From Chrysomallon squamiferum (Eukaryota; Animalia; Mollusca): a stretch of DNA of 64,000 bases. The stretch is taken from positions 23,560,001 through 23,624,000 of the forward strand of contig CM022672.1 of NCBI GenBank assembly GCA_012295275.1, in the 5' to 3' direction. A model generated the notes under the pieces. That model saw only the letters and a program-made list of their open reading frames with translations. It was not told the DNA's origin and did not search any database. This document shows positions 26,819 to 41,786 of this stretch, one piece after another. How positions within the stretch are numbered: the stretch's first letter is position 1; every line of letters starts with the position of its first letter. The translations under genes and the position numbers were made by a program.

Positions 26819-28152
26819 CCACGGTTCTGATTCTTATCGCATTTCAGTGTTCCCGAAGATATATGAACATAATGTATTCGAAATATAAATTCTTCATTGA
26901 AATTAATACATTTTTCTTTTGCATCAATGTATGTATGTATATATGTAAACCTGTAATATTTATAATAGAAACGAAAGATATAGCGGCGTCCGAGCACTAA
27001 TTTCCTTCGTTGTTACAAAATACAGAGCAAACTAACGTTTGTTTCTGAGAAAATTTTATATTACTAATATCAGTGCTTGAATAATAAAAAAATAAAAAAA
27101 TAAAAATAAAAATCCTCTGCCGGTTGTTTTGGTTAGAAATCACCATTAGGACTTTGTGTTTGAAAAAATCCGCAGAATTTTTTTTTCATAAACATTATTG
27201 CAAAGAAACTAAGTACGGAAGTCGAGAGCATAAGGAATTTCTAAGAATATAGCGGAATAATTATCCAGCACTAAGTACACTACATTTATGAAAATCCTGT
27301 TGTTAAAATCGATTATCGTTAGTAGGACTGGAAATACAGTTTCCAACGAATTTTTCTTATCAAGAAATGAAGGTCAAATTGAAAGATAATTTTAGGACAT
27401 GCTCTAATGAACCATTTATCTCATTAAGACGGTAAAAAAAAATAACTGAAGAAATGTTCTTATTGTTCACACATGAAATCGGCTATGAAAACACTTAGTG
27501 GTCTTAAGACTTTAAATAGTCTTATAAAATTACTAAAGTATAGTGCTTCAGAGGCATTTGAGCCGTGTAAAACGACTATTATTCTGACTGATGCTGCAGT
27601 TGTGAAAAGAACCACACACTAAACCACTTTCCACAACTTTATTTCTACTGAATATAGCAGTACACAAAACACTATGAACACATCACAAAGTTAATTATTT
27701 TAAAAACGTATATTGTACTAAAAATAAAATAAATAAAATATAATAAAATAAAAAATAAATAATAATAATAATAATAATAGTAATAATATCATCGGTAAAA
27801 AAGATAATGATAGCGTTATTGTCGTCTTCAAAAACAAACACTAAATTTTAATTATAATATTAATATATATTGTTCTTACACACAAAGATTAGTCAGTAAA
27901 ATCTCTCATGGTTAATGATATTTTAATGTAATAAAAATAATAATAATAAAAATTAAAAACCGTATATATAAATAGTTTACAAATTTTTCACTTTTAGAAA
28001 AATCCTGTTTTTATTAATTTTATTAAACATAATTATTTGACGAATAACATACAATATTACAAGAACATATTTGAAAAGAAATTAAATGCTCAGAAATATA
28101 TATTTAACAAAAAGGGAAGGTAATCCTTTTGAAATAGTTTTCATTTTATTTC

Positions 28153-28183
<31 letters not shown>

Positions 28184-29420
28184 ACTGTTAAATTTATAAT
28201 GGCTTTCTAAATCAAATATCTGATTATCATAAAAATTTACATTTAAAATGAAAAAAAGATGTTGATGTATTATTAAAAAACATAAATATCAACCATATTA
28301 TTCAAATATTTTTAAAACTTCTTTTTTTGTTCTTACATATCAGTAAATGAACAGAATTCGAAATGATGAAGAACTGATTAGACAAAACTAACTTGTTTTT
28401 TTATTGTTAATCACAGGTTGTAAATGCACATACAATTTCAATCTGCAATACTGCCAAACAACAATTCATGATTGTAAACACATTCTGTTTTTAACAAATG
28501 AGTATTGTCATGTCAGGTTCAGTGTTTCAGGGGCTAAGTCACTGTCATTTGACTGATATATCAGCTTGTACTGGAATTAATTATGTAAAACATCCAGATC
28601 TGTTTTCATTAACTGACAAACATTATTCTATCACACATTTCAAATGATTGCAAAAAAGTGAAAACAGACATATGTTATCTAAGAGTGTAACCAGTTACAA
28701 ATAAATGCTTAAAAAATTTAATAATAATCTTTTAAAAAATAAATAAAGTAATAGCAAAAATGCTGTTGTAGATTTTTAAATAGCTACCAAAATTAAACAT
28801 AAATAAAATGCACCATCAGTAACAATTATTTGAATGTTCTAAATATAGTGAACATTCTTTTTTTTAACAATTATTTAATCAACATCTGTTACTCATTTCT
28901 TTCTTTTTTTTAATTACAATTACTGATTATACCGTATACAAAATCTTTTTCTGTGGTGAAATTGTTAATTTTTCAGGTTTCAGAAAGCTATAATTACATC
29001 ATAGTAAAAGGCAAGCCTGATAGCACTGATCAATAATTAAACAAATTAATATTTCCACAGCAACAGTAATAAACAGACACAGTGAGCTGGTTAAATACTG
29101 ACAATGAAAGTTGTTGCTGTAGACTTGTACATGAGATAAAATAATATCATGTTTAATTTACAAATATAATTTATACTTGACATGGTTTGTAAGGAAAACA
29201 TTCAAATGATGTGAAATTGCTCAAGATATTCAGTTGATGTACCATAAGAAGAAAATAAACTGATTTTCAGAGATTTCGTCACATTTTATAACTGTGGATA
29301 ACAGACTGTCAACCTCTAATACTTCCTGATATAACTGCATTTAAGATGAAAAAAAATATATAGCTAGAGAGAGAGACAGACAGATAATTTGTATTTTGTT
29401 TAGTTAGTAGGTATATACAT

Positions 29421-32400
29421 TCACAGTGAGCTTTCCTTCTCTAAACATCTGGCTATAGTGTTCAGCTGAATGTTGCTTGTACCTTCGTAAATTGTACCTG
29501 TAAACAAACATATACCGAATCAACATTTTATATGATTTCAAACCAAAATAATGTACATTTTTTCTTGTACTATTGTTCTTCCAATAAAAAATGTTTTCTT
29601 CATTTTTGGAATAAAGTATTATTTGAAATATTTTTGATATTTTATTGTAATATGAAATATTCAGTCAGTAGAAATGATTTTGATTAACAATATATTTTAA
29701 TTACATAAAAACACACAGAAAAAACCCCATAACAAAACAACATACACTGTAAACTGTCTTAAATAATTTTATGAATTCTTAAAATAAAATTATATATAAA
29801 CCAATCCTGTCTTGACCAGAATTATTTTAGTTAAGCATTCATATATATTCTTCTAACATCTTCCCACCAAAAAAAACCCCAAAGAAATATAATGCAAAAA
29901 TGAAACAGATGAGATTAGTTTTGGTTTTCTAAAGATGTTAAAAACTTTTAATATTGAAATATTATTGATGATATTTTTTTTTTTTTTTTTTTGTATCCCA
30001 TTTGTACTATGCATAAGATAAAAAATAACAACAAGCAATGAAAACAGAAAATAGTTGTAACAGTTACCTATTTTACAATCTCTATAATATTTCTCAACAG
30101 GATAATCTTTTGTAAAGCCAACACCTCCAAGAAATTCCACACATTTTGATGTAACTACTTGGGCAACCTAAATAAAAAATACATGTGAAATTGAAATTTC
30201 TAATAATGAACGTATTTGAAGTAAAGGAAGAAATATTTTAAAGCTACAATTATGATATATATATATATATATATATATGAATGATTTTTTTTATACCAGA
30301 CAATTTCAATCCATTTTATTACCCTCAAACAAATGGATTATCACTGGAAAAAAATGTCTTATTGTTTAAGACTGAAAATGTGTGGTTTATGTAGTATTCA
30401 CCTTTCAGCATACCAGGTGAACCAAGAGAAACAAAGCTGCTTGGATTTCAAAGTTAATTATGCTATAGGTTCAAGTCTATATTTTATTATTCCATTTGCC
30501 TAGCCTGAGGACCATGTCCCACAACACAGGTTTACCTCAGAAGACATGTATTTAGCCATGGAAGCCTCTTTAACACAGGGAAGTCCTGCTTCCTTGCGAC
30601 GAGCTGCATTGTACACCATTAACCTGGCTGCCTCAATCTGAGTGGACAAGTAGGCTATTTGATGTTGAATAGCCTGTAAAACAAATTATCTAACTCTGAA
30701 ATGTATCTTTAAATAAAACGTAATTATTTTAAATTTAAAAATTAATTCACACATGTGTAGATCAGTTTTTTTTTATAATAAACATTAATATGAAAGAAGC
30801 ATATTGTTGTCACTCACTGAGAATGAGATATTTGTACAGGCTGATTAACAGCAACAAATATTTTTACAGATACTTCCCCATGCAAGACTAGTTGAAGTCT
30901 GTCTAAGACGGTTTACAAGTTATTCCAGCCCCCAATAGCTGCTACAAAAAGAAAAACTATGTAATTGTTTACAAACCTGAAAATCCCATATTCTTTTACC
31001 AAACTGTTTCCTCTCTTTCACATACTCAAAAGCATGATGTAAACATCCGTCAGCCAAACCAATCATCTGGAGGTGAAATAAAACATACATGTAGGATAAT
31101 ACAGCAGGTCAGTTTAAAGAATGCCAAATGCAATACAAACCAGAATTATTGCAGTTAATGCACAATTATAATTTATGGGACTGAACAAACAACTTTTACT
31201 AACAATAAAACATGAAAGAAAATAATGTGTTTTTTTATTTTTTTATTTATCTCCTTGATGCACAGAAAATCCATGTAAAATGACAATAAAAAAATATAAA
31301 ATAAGAAACTTGTAAAACTAACTAATGTAATGAACAGATTGTAACCTTCACCTACTTGTCCAAGTATATTAGATTTAGGAACCAAATGAAACAACCAGTC
31401 TGAAACTGCAAAATTTTTACTTCACTATATTTTTTTCTTCTGAACTGTTCCCTTTTTGTGTTGCAAAAATAAGAAACTTAAGGCTTGTTTGATTATTATG
31501 GTCATATTTTATTGCTAACAAAATAAATCTGATCAAGAGATTAATACACTTAATGAATATGCAATTAATCCATGAATACATCAGTAATGAGTTTTATATA
31601 TATATATGTATGTATATATAAAGAGACATAGAGATAGATAGTGTGTGGGTGTGTGTGGATATTACCTGAGCCCCAATACCAATTCTTCCTTCATTTAAAT
31701 TCCGATGGCCAACTTGTAACCTTCACCTACTTGTCCAAGTATGTTAGATTCAGGAACCTAAACAAAATGGTGCACCAAATGAATCAACTAAATATTTAAA
31801 GGCTATATATTTTTCAGATAAATTAATTCTGGTTGTACTGAGACACACAGTATATATTTTAAAAATGTTAAAATAAAATAAGACAAAATTAAGAGCTTCA
31901 AGTTAGTTTATGAAATGATAATGATCTTAGTAAGCTGTAATGATTATATGTTGCATATGTAATTCAGCTTTTACATTTTTACTGAAAATGGTAAAATCAG
32001 TGCTTCCTACATTTTTTTTTTTTTTTAATTTATCACTAGTAATAATACTAGCATAATATATTTTAACAAAAATCTGTCCTTTATGTTAATAATCAAAATT
32101 GTACAGGTGCATGAAATAATAATTAATTAATTATTCTTATCAGTGCTTTTCTAAAATTTACTTTGTTTACAAATTTGTTTAAGAAATAAATACATAATGT
32201 TAAAATTATATAAATAATTTAATGCATTGTTACATGACTGTATTAATACCTTGACATTGTCAAAATGCAGAGTACATGTTCCTGATGCTCTCAGTCCAAG
32301 CTTGTCTTCTTTCTTGCCTATACTAAAACCTTCCATGCCTCGTTCAACAATAAAACAAGTTATACCCCTATAACCCTGCAAATATTTCAAATTTAAAACA

Positions 32401-35400
32401 AAAAGTTCAATGTAAACATTAAAACTCACAGATCAATTTTCTATCTTCACTTGCTAAATGTCAAACATTTCTTTTATGACACCATTAAACTAGAGCACTT
32501 AGAATAATTCTCAATGATCAGCTACTGGATGTAAACATCGATTTAATGACATTGCAAAACTAGAAAATTACAGAATGACTTTTGTCTATTAGCTTCTGTA
32601 TATAAAAAACCCCAACTATTTAATAGAATATTATATTAGATAACTGTCTATTTTTAGCTACTGGACATTTATGTTCATTCCGATATATATAGATTCCACA
32701 TCAAGCAATCTTTCTAGTTATACATTAGGTAGTTGCACAAGTTAAGCATATAATATTTTTGTGTAAGACATGCAGGTGAAGAAAACTAATAGAGGAACTA
32801 ACCTCAGTGGGTTTGGCATTTGCAAACACCAAAAATATATCTGCCAAATCGGAGCTTGAAATCCAGATCTTGTTTCCATTTAAAATGTAGCCATCTTCTT
32901 GTTTCACTGCAGCAGTCTTCATTGCAAAAGCATCAGAACCTGATTCAGATTCTGACAGACAGAAACAACTAATCTGAAGAATAAATAAAGTTAAAAACAT
33001 GGCTGTGTATTTTAGGGAATTAACCAAATAGTTTGTGAACTGCATCCAGCTGATGATAGAAATGACAACAGTTCATGCTTTATTATCCAGTAAAAAAAAA
33101 AAAAAAAAAAAAAAAAGTTAATTTATCTGCATTTGAACATAATTAAAATTACACTATTAAAAATTTGCCAGAAACTTCAAATGACAAATATAATTATGTA
33201 TTATTTTCTAATTTCTTAATACATTTTCTACCAGATTTCATCAACAGAAATTATTTAGAATTAATAGTTAATGGTGGTAATATATACAGAATTGCGTAGA
33301 CTATTACTACCAGTAAAATATCATACAGTATCAGTTGCCAGCCGAGGTAGATATTTTTCTTTTTGTTCTTTGGTTCCATATCTCATAATCAGTGCATTAT
33401 TTAGAGTGTTTTGAATGTCAACACAAATGGCAATGGATGGGTCAACTTTGGCGAGCTCCTCAATGACCAAGTTACAGACCATGAATGTGGAACCAGCACC
33501 TCCATAATCTGAGTCAATTTCTATACCAAACATCTATAAATGAATAACATTATATAAACATATAAAAAATAACTACACTGGTACAGTGAGATTTGATTAC
33601 TTTCTTTTTTTTATTATTTAAACATTATATAAACACTTAAAAATGTTGCCTTTTTTAACAAATATTTATAACTGTTAGTACATTGATGTTTGATTACACC
33701 TTGCTTCTTATTATGAAAATATTTAACACATATTAGTTTAGATGAAATTCTAATTTATGTCCATTAAATAAAAGTTCAAGCAACTCACTCCATTCTCAAA
33801 CAAAGCATTAACAACAGACTTGTCAAACTGGCCATCTTTTTCCATCTTCTGGACAAGAGGCTGGATTTTTTCTTTAGCTAGCCTGGCAACTAATAAAAAA
33901 AATACTACTAACTAAATTACAATAAAATCAAATCAAAATCAAAAGAATGAAGGTATTTTTTAATGACATTTGAGTTCATTTATATTAATACAGTGGATCC
34001 TCTATAAAATGAACATGTTGTTGACAATAAAATGTATTTGTTTTGGACAGGGATTGTGTTTATAACAGTGTTTTTATTGACAGTGGGATGAAATACAGAT
34101 CAGTGAGATTTCTGATGAAGAAAAACATGCATGGTAATGTATTCTTCTTTCTTTTTCTTTTTTTTTTAAAAAAAAAACAAAATATTTTTGTTATAGTTTT
34201 TTGGTCTTCATTTAAATTAGAGGCATTAGGCATATACTAAATTACTGTTTAAATTTGAAATATGTCAATCAAAGAGAATAGCTGACTGCAATTACAAAAT
34301 ACTTGGCAATATGAAGTGGAAATTTCCAAGGTAAATATACGGAATTGTCATTAATTTTGAAATCAGCCTCTATATTTATGTAATATTGTTTATTTAGTGA
34401 GGACAAAAAAAAAAAAAAAAAAAATATTATTTTTAAAATGACCTACATAAGCAGTGAAGAAGACTGACACTCACTAATAAGTTAAACTGATTTTAGGTTC
34501 ACAAATGTGACAAAACACACAAACACACAGACTGAGTTCAGACTTTTACCAGTTTCTTTCATCATTCGTTCATCATCTGAAAGCATATCTAGTGGCAGAT
34601 GTGAAGACAAGGTTGCTTGTTGTGTTGAGAACATTCTGCAGAGATTTGCTTTTCCAGGGAGATTTCGCAACTGACTGACAGTGCTCCACTGTAACCATGG
34701 TGATCGTGAAAACTGAAATTGAGTAACACTTCTTGAAACAAGTTAAAACATTTCTTTGGCACATTTACTTTTAAATCTTTATATATATCTCCTTACACAT
34801 GATATTTCTATTAATAATAATGCTGTGTTTGGTATGCACTGACTTAAATTTGTAACACTTTGTTTGAAATGTGCTTACCAATAATCACACTGAGGCTTTT
34901 GAGTGAAATATTTGAACAAATACACAAATACAATCATATTTGAATTAGGCATTACTATTTTCAAGAACACACTGATGTAATTCATACTGCATATACTCAA
35001 GTTATAATTGAATAATTGAACAAATATGGTACATGCAATATTATATTTAAACATGCAATGATTTCCTGTAAGTTGTTATCAGTGTTATTCAAAATGTTGC
35101 TCATAGTAATTACTTCAAATCTGGACAGGAATGCACCCGATTATGCAGTGTTGTCAGTGTATTCTGGTGGCTGATGTAGATTTAAAAATACAACAGTTAA
35201 TCTACATATCAGAAAACTAAATTTTGCTTATTTGTACATAAAAAAAAAAAATCACTGATCCATGCTTTATCTAAATTTATTTTGCACTCTGTTTTGTTAA
35301 AATGATACTGGCATTCTTTTTTCCACATCGGGACTGAATTAAATTGTTATATAAAAATATAAGCCTGGTTTATGTGAAATTATATTTTTCATATGTGTAT

Positions 35401-35475
35401 CTGTTTGCTTGTGTGTGCAACTTTGTGTGTGTGTTTATGTGTGTTTATATTCTCATATTTAGAAACACACACACA

Positions 35476-35523
<48 letters not shown>

Positions 35524-36226
35524 ACTGACTAAGAAAGTGAAAGGCAATGGTAAAAATCCATTTACAATATTGTTACTTGTGTCTTTGATCAACATCTGAT
35601 TAAAAAACTCAAAGATTACAGTTTCATGTCGGCCTCTGTATCTGGAAAATTAAATGTTATGATTTCGTTTCTGAATGCATCAATATTATTAAGATTAATT
35701 AAATTTGTTTTTTGTTTTTTACAACAAATCTGTAAAGATGTTATTTTTAACACCGTTAGGGTTACAATTACCACAATCGTGACAACGGTAATGAATGACA
35801 GAAATTTGCAATTATCATTTCAATAAAAAATATAACAGTATATTATTATATTATATATATCTATAACAATAATCTTTCTCACAGGATAACTACTGACACA
35901 ATTCAAATTTTATGTTATTGTAGAAACAGTTCTTAACAATTTAACCTTGTCTATAACTCTTAAGCTATTTTTTTGTTGTTGTTGTTTTTGTTTTTTTTTT
36001 TTTTTTTTTGGGGTTTTTCTGTGTTTTTTGCAGATCTGTCAAATTTTCTATTTTTATTTTGTATCATGTACAGTCATTGACATGTGGAGAAACACACATA
36101 ATAGTGAAAATTCAGTATTTTTTGTTTAAAATGACTGTTTGCTACATGCATCTACAAGCCATATAACATACAAACCGTCGAAGTTGTTCGAGAACACGTC
36201 CGTAAAAATATAAAGGACGCAGCCAT
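29421..36226 (-). CDS. ACADSB: Short/branched-chain acyl-CoA dehydrogenase, mitochondrial (about 11 coding exons)
   Basis: Start [14 protein letters not shown] at 36226; motifs [103 protein letters not shown]; stop at 29421. Apparent 1-nt deletion near 31697. Confidence 0.93.
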
Positions 36227-37300
36227 GCCGCTATTGTCAAAGTAAATTCCTCCAAAATGGCGCACTAATCTAAACATCAACGCCATAACCTTTCATACAA
36301 TGCTCATGGAATAGACAGTGCATTATAAAGTATTGATTAGACTTTTATGACAATGTTCTAATCACTGACCTGTACAAATATATATTTAAGAATGTTGACT
36401 GTGTCGTTTCACTCAATACATTCTGATGCTCAAATTTAATATCTATAGATCAATACTGAATATGAATAGGCTATCTTTAACTAAAACCGACCCTAAGTTT
36501 GAAGGATAACTGGTAATCGACCTTTAAGATATAGGTCTCAGAGTCTTTTAAAATCGCATGCTTACAATTTTTTAAATTATTTTTTCTATTTATTTATTAT
36601 ATATATATATATGCGACTTGTCAGAGGTGGATTAGATTTGTCACAGTGACTATCAGTTGAACAATTAAATTTCAAATCAACCAAAATCTTAAAATCTAGA
36701 TCTTACGAGTAACAATATATAAACATGTTTAGAGTGAAAGTTATTTCTCGTTTGATTTGACCAGAAATTAGATTCATATTCTCTTATGTCGTTGTAATAT
36801 TAGTTTGGAACAAAAAGTGATAGAGTTTTCTAAATATTTAACATAAATGACATATATAAACATTCTGAAATCAATTTATGTACAAATATCGAAATACTGT
36901 CTTTGAATTTCACTTATAAACACTATAGCCTTTTGTTTCATCCCAATAAACACAATTCACTTCAATAATTAATTATTACTTAAAGCCTTCAACGACATGA
37001 TTAAAAGCATATATAGTGTATTAAAAGACCTATAGGTAATTTGTTTTTCAAACAGCCATATTTGGGGTTTTTATGGTTGTCTTTTATTGGGACACAGAAT
37101 CATAGCTGCTTAGATTCTTTATGCTATAAAACGACCTTTCATTCACGTTTCTGTTTGATCTGGTTATGAAACAGATTACCCGGATTCTGTGGCGGCCATC
37201 TTGCATTTATTCTACTAGAAGAAAGGACAAAACAATAAAATTAATAAAATTACTTACTGAACAAAAGTGATCGTAATATAACAAAATTAAACTGATTAGT

Positions 37301-37402
<102 letters not shown>

Positions 37403-37869
37403 AGTAAAAGTTGAATGCAAATTAGAATAAATACATTTTTATTACAATGATTTAAAATGATTTTAAATGATTTTAAATACTTTACACAGTTTTGGTAAAC
37501 GTGTAACATCAAGCCCAGGTTGAAATAAATTGCTATGTTAAAAACGTTTATTTATCTTTGTTGATGTACGCCATCTGTTTACATACAACATCTGCTGTAA
37601 AAATAATCTGCATATTTAAGCATGAATGGTGATTGAAAATATCGAAAGAATTATGATTCATCTCTTTTGGATTTGTTTAAGCAAAAAATTTAAAAAAAAA
37701 AAAAAAAAAGATAATAAGTAATAAAATATTTTTGGATACTTCAATTAATACATATTTAATCATAAACAAGAAACATACACTTGTTTAGAAATATCCTATA
37801 CTCATTTTTAGCTGTTTTAATTGTTTTGCCTGTTGCCTGTATAAAATTCAAAATATATAAACTTATACC

Positions 37870-38721
37870 ATGTGTGTCATGTTGCTGGGTTTTTTTGTAT
37901 TATACATTTCTGCTTCAGAAACAAATAAAGGTAAGCTTTTGGAGTAAACGAATAACTAATCATTTTGATGTTAGCAATGTTACAATAGATGTTAGGAACG
38001 TTTCCCGTATTGTGATGGTATAATTATTGCATCATTTGTGCGCGTGTGCGTGTCTGCGTGCGTGCCATCATGTGTGTCTGAATTATAATATTTATAACGC
38101 AGGTTGTATTCGTGAATATAAGTAAACATAATTTATGCGTATGTATATGATTTGATTATATAAACAGGCATTGGTATTTAGAAGGGTATATAACTAGATG
38201 TGAGTATATAGTAGGGTATATAACTAAGTCTGAGTATGTAGAGGGTATATAACTAGATCTGATTATGTATAATAGGGTATATCACTAGGTATGATTATAT
38301 AGCAGGGAATATAACTAGGTCTGAGGATATACAACTAGGACTGAGTATGTAGTAGGGTATATAACAAGATCTGAGTTTACAGTAGGGTATAGAACTGCGT
38401 ATGAGTCGGTGTGTGTTTTTGTGTGTATATCTGCGTATGTATGTGTACATCTGTATTTGGTTTAAGCTGTGAGAGAGAAACAGATGTGTTATAATCTGAT
38501 TATTTCACATTAAATTTATATATATTAATTTTAGGGCAAATAAACAATCAAAATCTAAAGAGATCTTATGTAAGTTGTAATTTTGAATATTTACAGTGAA
38601 TCACATAATATAATGATTAATGCAGCAGGCTGAAAAAGTTATCTCTTGATTTTTAATATATAATTATTTCTTTTTTTATTAATATTTTGTTTAATTTTTT
38701 GTTGTTGTTGTTGTTCTTCTT

Positions 38722-38790
<69 letters not shown>

Positions 38791-41265
38791 GTTACTATTA
38801 TTATTATCGTTCTTGTTGTTCACAAAGAGTTAAAAAAATAAATAACCAGAATAATATTTTGTTTGAAAATAATACATATGAATATAAAAATCGTGTTCGA
38901 AATCTGGCAACAGAGAAAAATAGTTTCATATTTGTACTTAGAAGGATCAGTTATGTGACCATTATGCTTCAGCTAACATTCTGATTAGCACTCATTAATT
39001 GTGTATCACTGCACATTAATATTGACGCATTATGGAATAGTTCTTGCTCTCATTACAGTAAAATGCTTTTTCAAACACATAAAATTTAGTTGTCGAGAAA
39101 TTGTCTCACAAGTAGATGATATTAAGTTTTGCTTTTGTTATGCAAATAAACAAATAAATCAGATTTGACAAAGGTCAATGTACAGCGTAACTTTACATCT
39201 GAAATCTGCAATGGCTGAGGTCTGTACAACTGCATTAGTTTACGATTATATATCTGAGTACCTCTAACCAACTAATCTCCTCATCATACCTTTAAATCTC
39301 TCCTAACCGAACATTAACAGTTTAACGTTATTCTTAAAATGTAAACTTTTAGATTTTTTTTCTTTTTATTGGAAAAACATCAACAACAACAACAAAAAAT
39401 TAGGGAAGTTGTCGTTGTGGGAAACAAATCTTGCTTTGTAAATGTGGATGCCATCCTGGGACATATTCTAAAGAGTACATACATAAATGTTGTAAACCAT
39501 GCTTAAAGCCTGGCAAATGTTTTCCTGGCGATGCCACTGTGCTGCTGGACACAGGGAAATCTGTCCAAATGAAAAATCTTGCTGTAGGGCAAAGGATTCT
39601 TACTGGTATGTCAAACTATTTTTTTTTTCTCCCGGTATGGAATGATGTCTTGAGTTTTCTGCTGACATAAATATTTATTTATATACTTTTTCTTTGTACT
39701 ATATTTTCAATAAATGAATGTAAATGAGGATGTGTTAAAAATAACCACTGTTAATGGTAATAATAAGTACTGTGAACCATTACATTAATAAAATAATACT
39801 CAAGATGCGACAAAACAATTTGATTTACGAAACATATTTAACATTTTAAAACCAAGATACGACAAGCGCGAGAAAATGTGAAGCAAGAGCTTGGACAGTA
39901 TTTAAATATTACAGTAATATTTACGTAGGCATGACTTACACCCAGCAGTGTTAAATATAACATATAAATATAGTATTGATTATATACGGCTTTCAAAGAT
40001 AACAACGAATATACCAAGTGTGTTTGTAAACCAGATATAATATTGGCATGTGGACGCTATAACCCGTTCCTTAAATTAGATACTGTTTTGTGATTTATAA
40101 AAACAAGAAACACTTTAATAAAATATGTCTGATTTGGCAAAGATTTTAAAATTACAATGTTCATTGCTTTTCGTTTCAGTACAAAATGGAAAACGAGTAT
40201 TTTCTGAAGTCAGAACATTTCTCCATCGCCAACCAGAACAAAATACGACATTTTTCACAATGATAACAGAACAAGGCCATCAACTTTCTCTCTCAGAATT
40301 TCATGTTATATTTACTTCAGCAAACAAGTCAGCCAATATGGAGCCTAGGTTTGGTTTTCTTTTAGTTTAAGCATAATAAAATAATGTTTAAGGAAATCTT
40401 ATTAAAACGTTAGGTGAATAATATTTCTTCCTCTACCAAATAAAATTTCTATTTCGTACATATTAACGTTTTAAAAATTAAGATAAAAAAAAAATATATA
40501 TAAATAGCTACTACAAGAAGGAATATTTTAAAAATAAAAATATTACAAATGCTTATATACTGGAACACGTTTTGGTGGATAATACATTATGGAAGAAAGA
40601 ATTTAAACATTTCTCAAATACAATTGAACTAATTAAAGGAAAATGATTAGATACTTTCTTCGTGGTTACTTAATTTATAACTTGTTTTTTTTCAGTTTTG
40701 CTAAATCTGTGAAACTAGGTGATTATATATTTACCACGGCAAAATGCCCAGATGATCTCTGTCCAGAACGAATTGTACGAATAGTTCTCTCTATAAAACA
40801 AGGTAATCTAATTATGGTTCCAGTAGTCGCAGTTTTAGTACTAACAGTAGTAACAGTAACAGTATTAGTAGTCGTACAGCAGCAGGAAAAGAAATCATCG
40901 CAGTAAACATGATAGTCATCGTGATGACAACTGCAGTAGTGAATATTACGTAAAATCATTTTTTAGCAGTAATAAAAAATATATGATTATTAATAATATT
41001 AAGAAAAATAATATCAATCAAGTTATTTAAATAATTATTAAAACCAGGTTTGTACGCTCCTCTGACGAATACTGGAACCGTTGTTGTTAACAAGATTGTG
41101 ACATCCTGCTTCGTAAACTTTCTCAAACACGATATAACACAGATCATACTACTTCCATTTCGATGGTTTCCTTCGCTGATACTGCCGTGGCAAGAAGACG
41201 GTTTGAGTCCATTGTTATCAAACATGGAATATATATTATCATATTATTATTTTCAGTTCACTTAG
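37870..41265 (+). CDS. Secreted Cys-rich peptide-Hint/Hog autoprocessing protein, copy 2 (6 coding exons, intact)
   Basis: Exons 37870-37930 (signal MCVMLLGFFVLYISASETNK), 38535-38569 (GQINNQNLKRSY), 39404-39605 (GSCRCGKQILLCKCGCHPGTYSKEYIHKCCKPCLKPGK-CFPGD...), 40180-40348, 40696-40802, 41048-41265 (YAPLTNTGTVVVNKIVTSCF...LPFRWF). Exon structure and phases match copy 1; TATA-like TATAAAA near 37840. Confidence 0.88.
38182..38405. repeat. Minisatellite, ~31-bp unit, about 7 imperfect copies
   Basis: Repeated AGGGTATATAACTAG(A/G)TCTGAGTAT-type unit in intron 1 of Hog copy 2. Confidence 0.8.
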
Positions 41266-41451
41266 GCTTTCTGCATCTTCCAAAAGAGATATGAAAACAA
41301 AATTGTTTCGAAAATAAATTCTGCTTGAAGAATAATTAATACAGTTTTTATGTTATTTACCTCACTGAATGTTGACATTTGTTATTTCTTCATAATTTGT
41401 TAATTCAAATCTCGGTATTTAAAAAAAAAAACAGGAACAAATTCTCTCTCA

Positions 41452-41547
<96 letters not shown>

Positions 41548-41738
41548 ACTGTAATTTCATATATTTTAACGTTATGTACATTAAAAAGGTTAATGTTCTT
41601 GCTGATGATATCAATGATTATACCTGCTGATGAAATAACCAATATTTATGAAGAAAGACATAAAGAAACAAATGAGTTTTCAAAACATTTTATTTTATTT
41701 TATATATTTTTTTAATATTTTAATCATTTTTATTTTTA

Positions 41739-41786
<48 letters not shown>

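Noticed and set aside
38182-38405. ~31-bp repeats as a CRISPR-like array
   Set aside because: Head-to-tail imperfect units without unique spacers, in a eukaryotic intron, with no cas genes.
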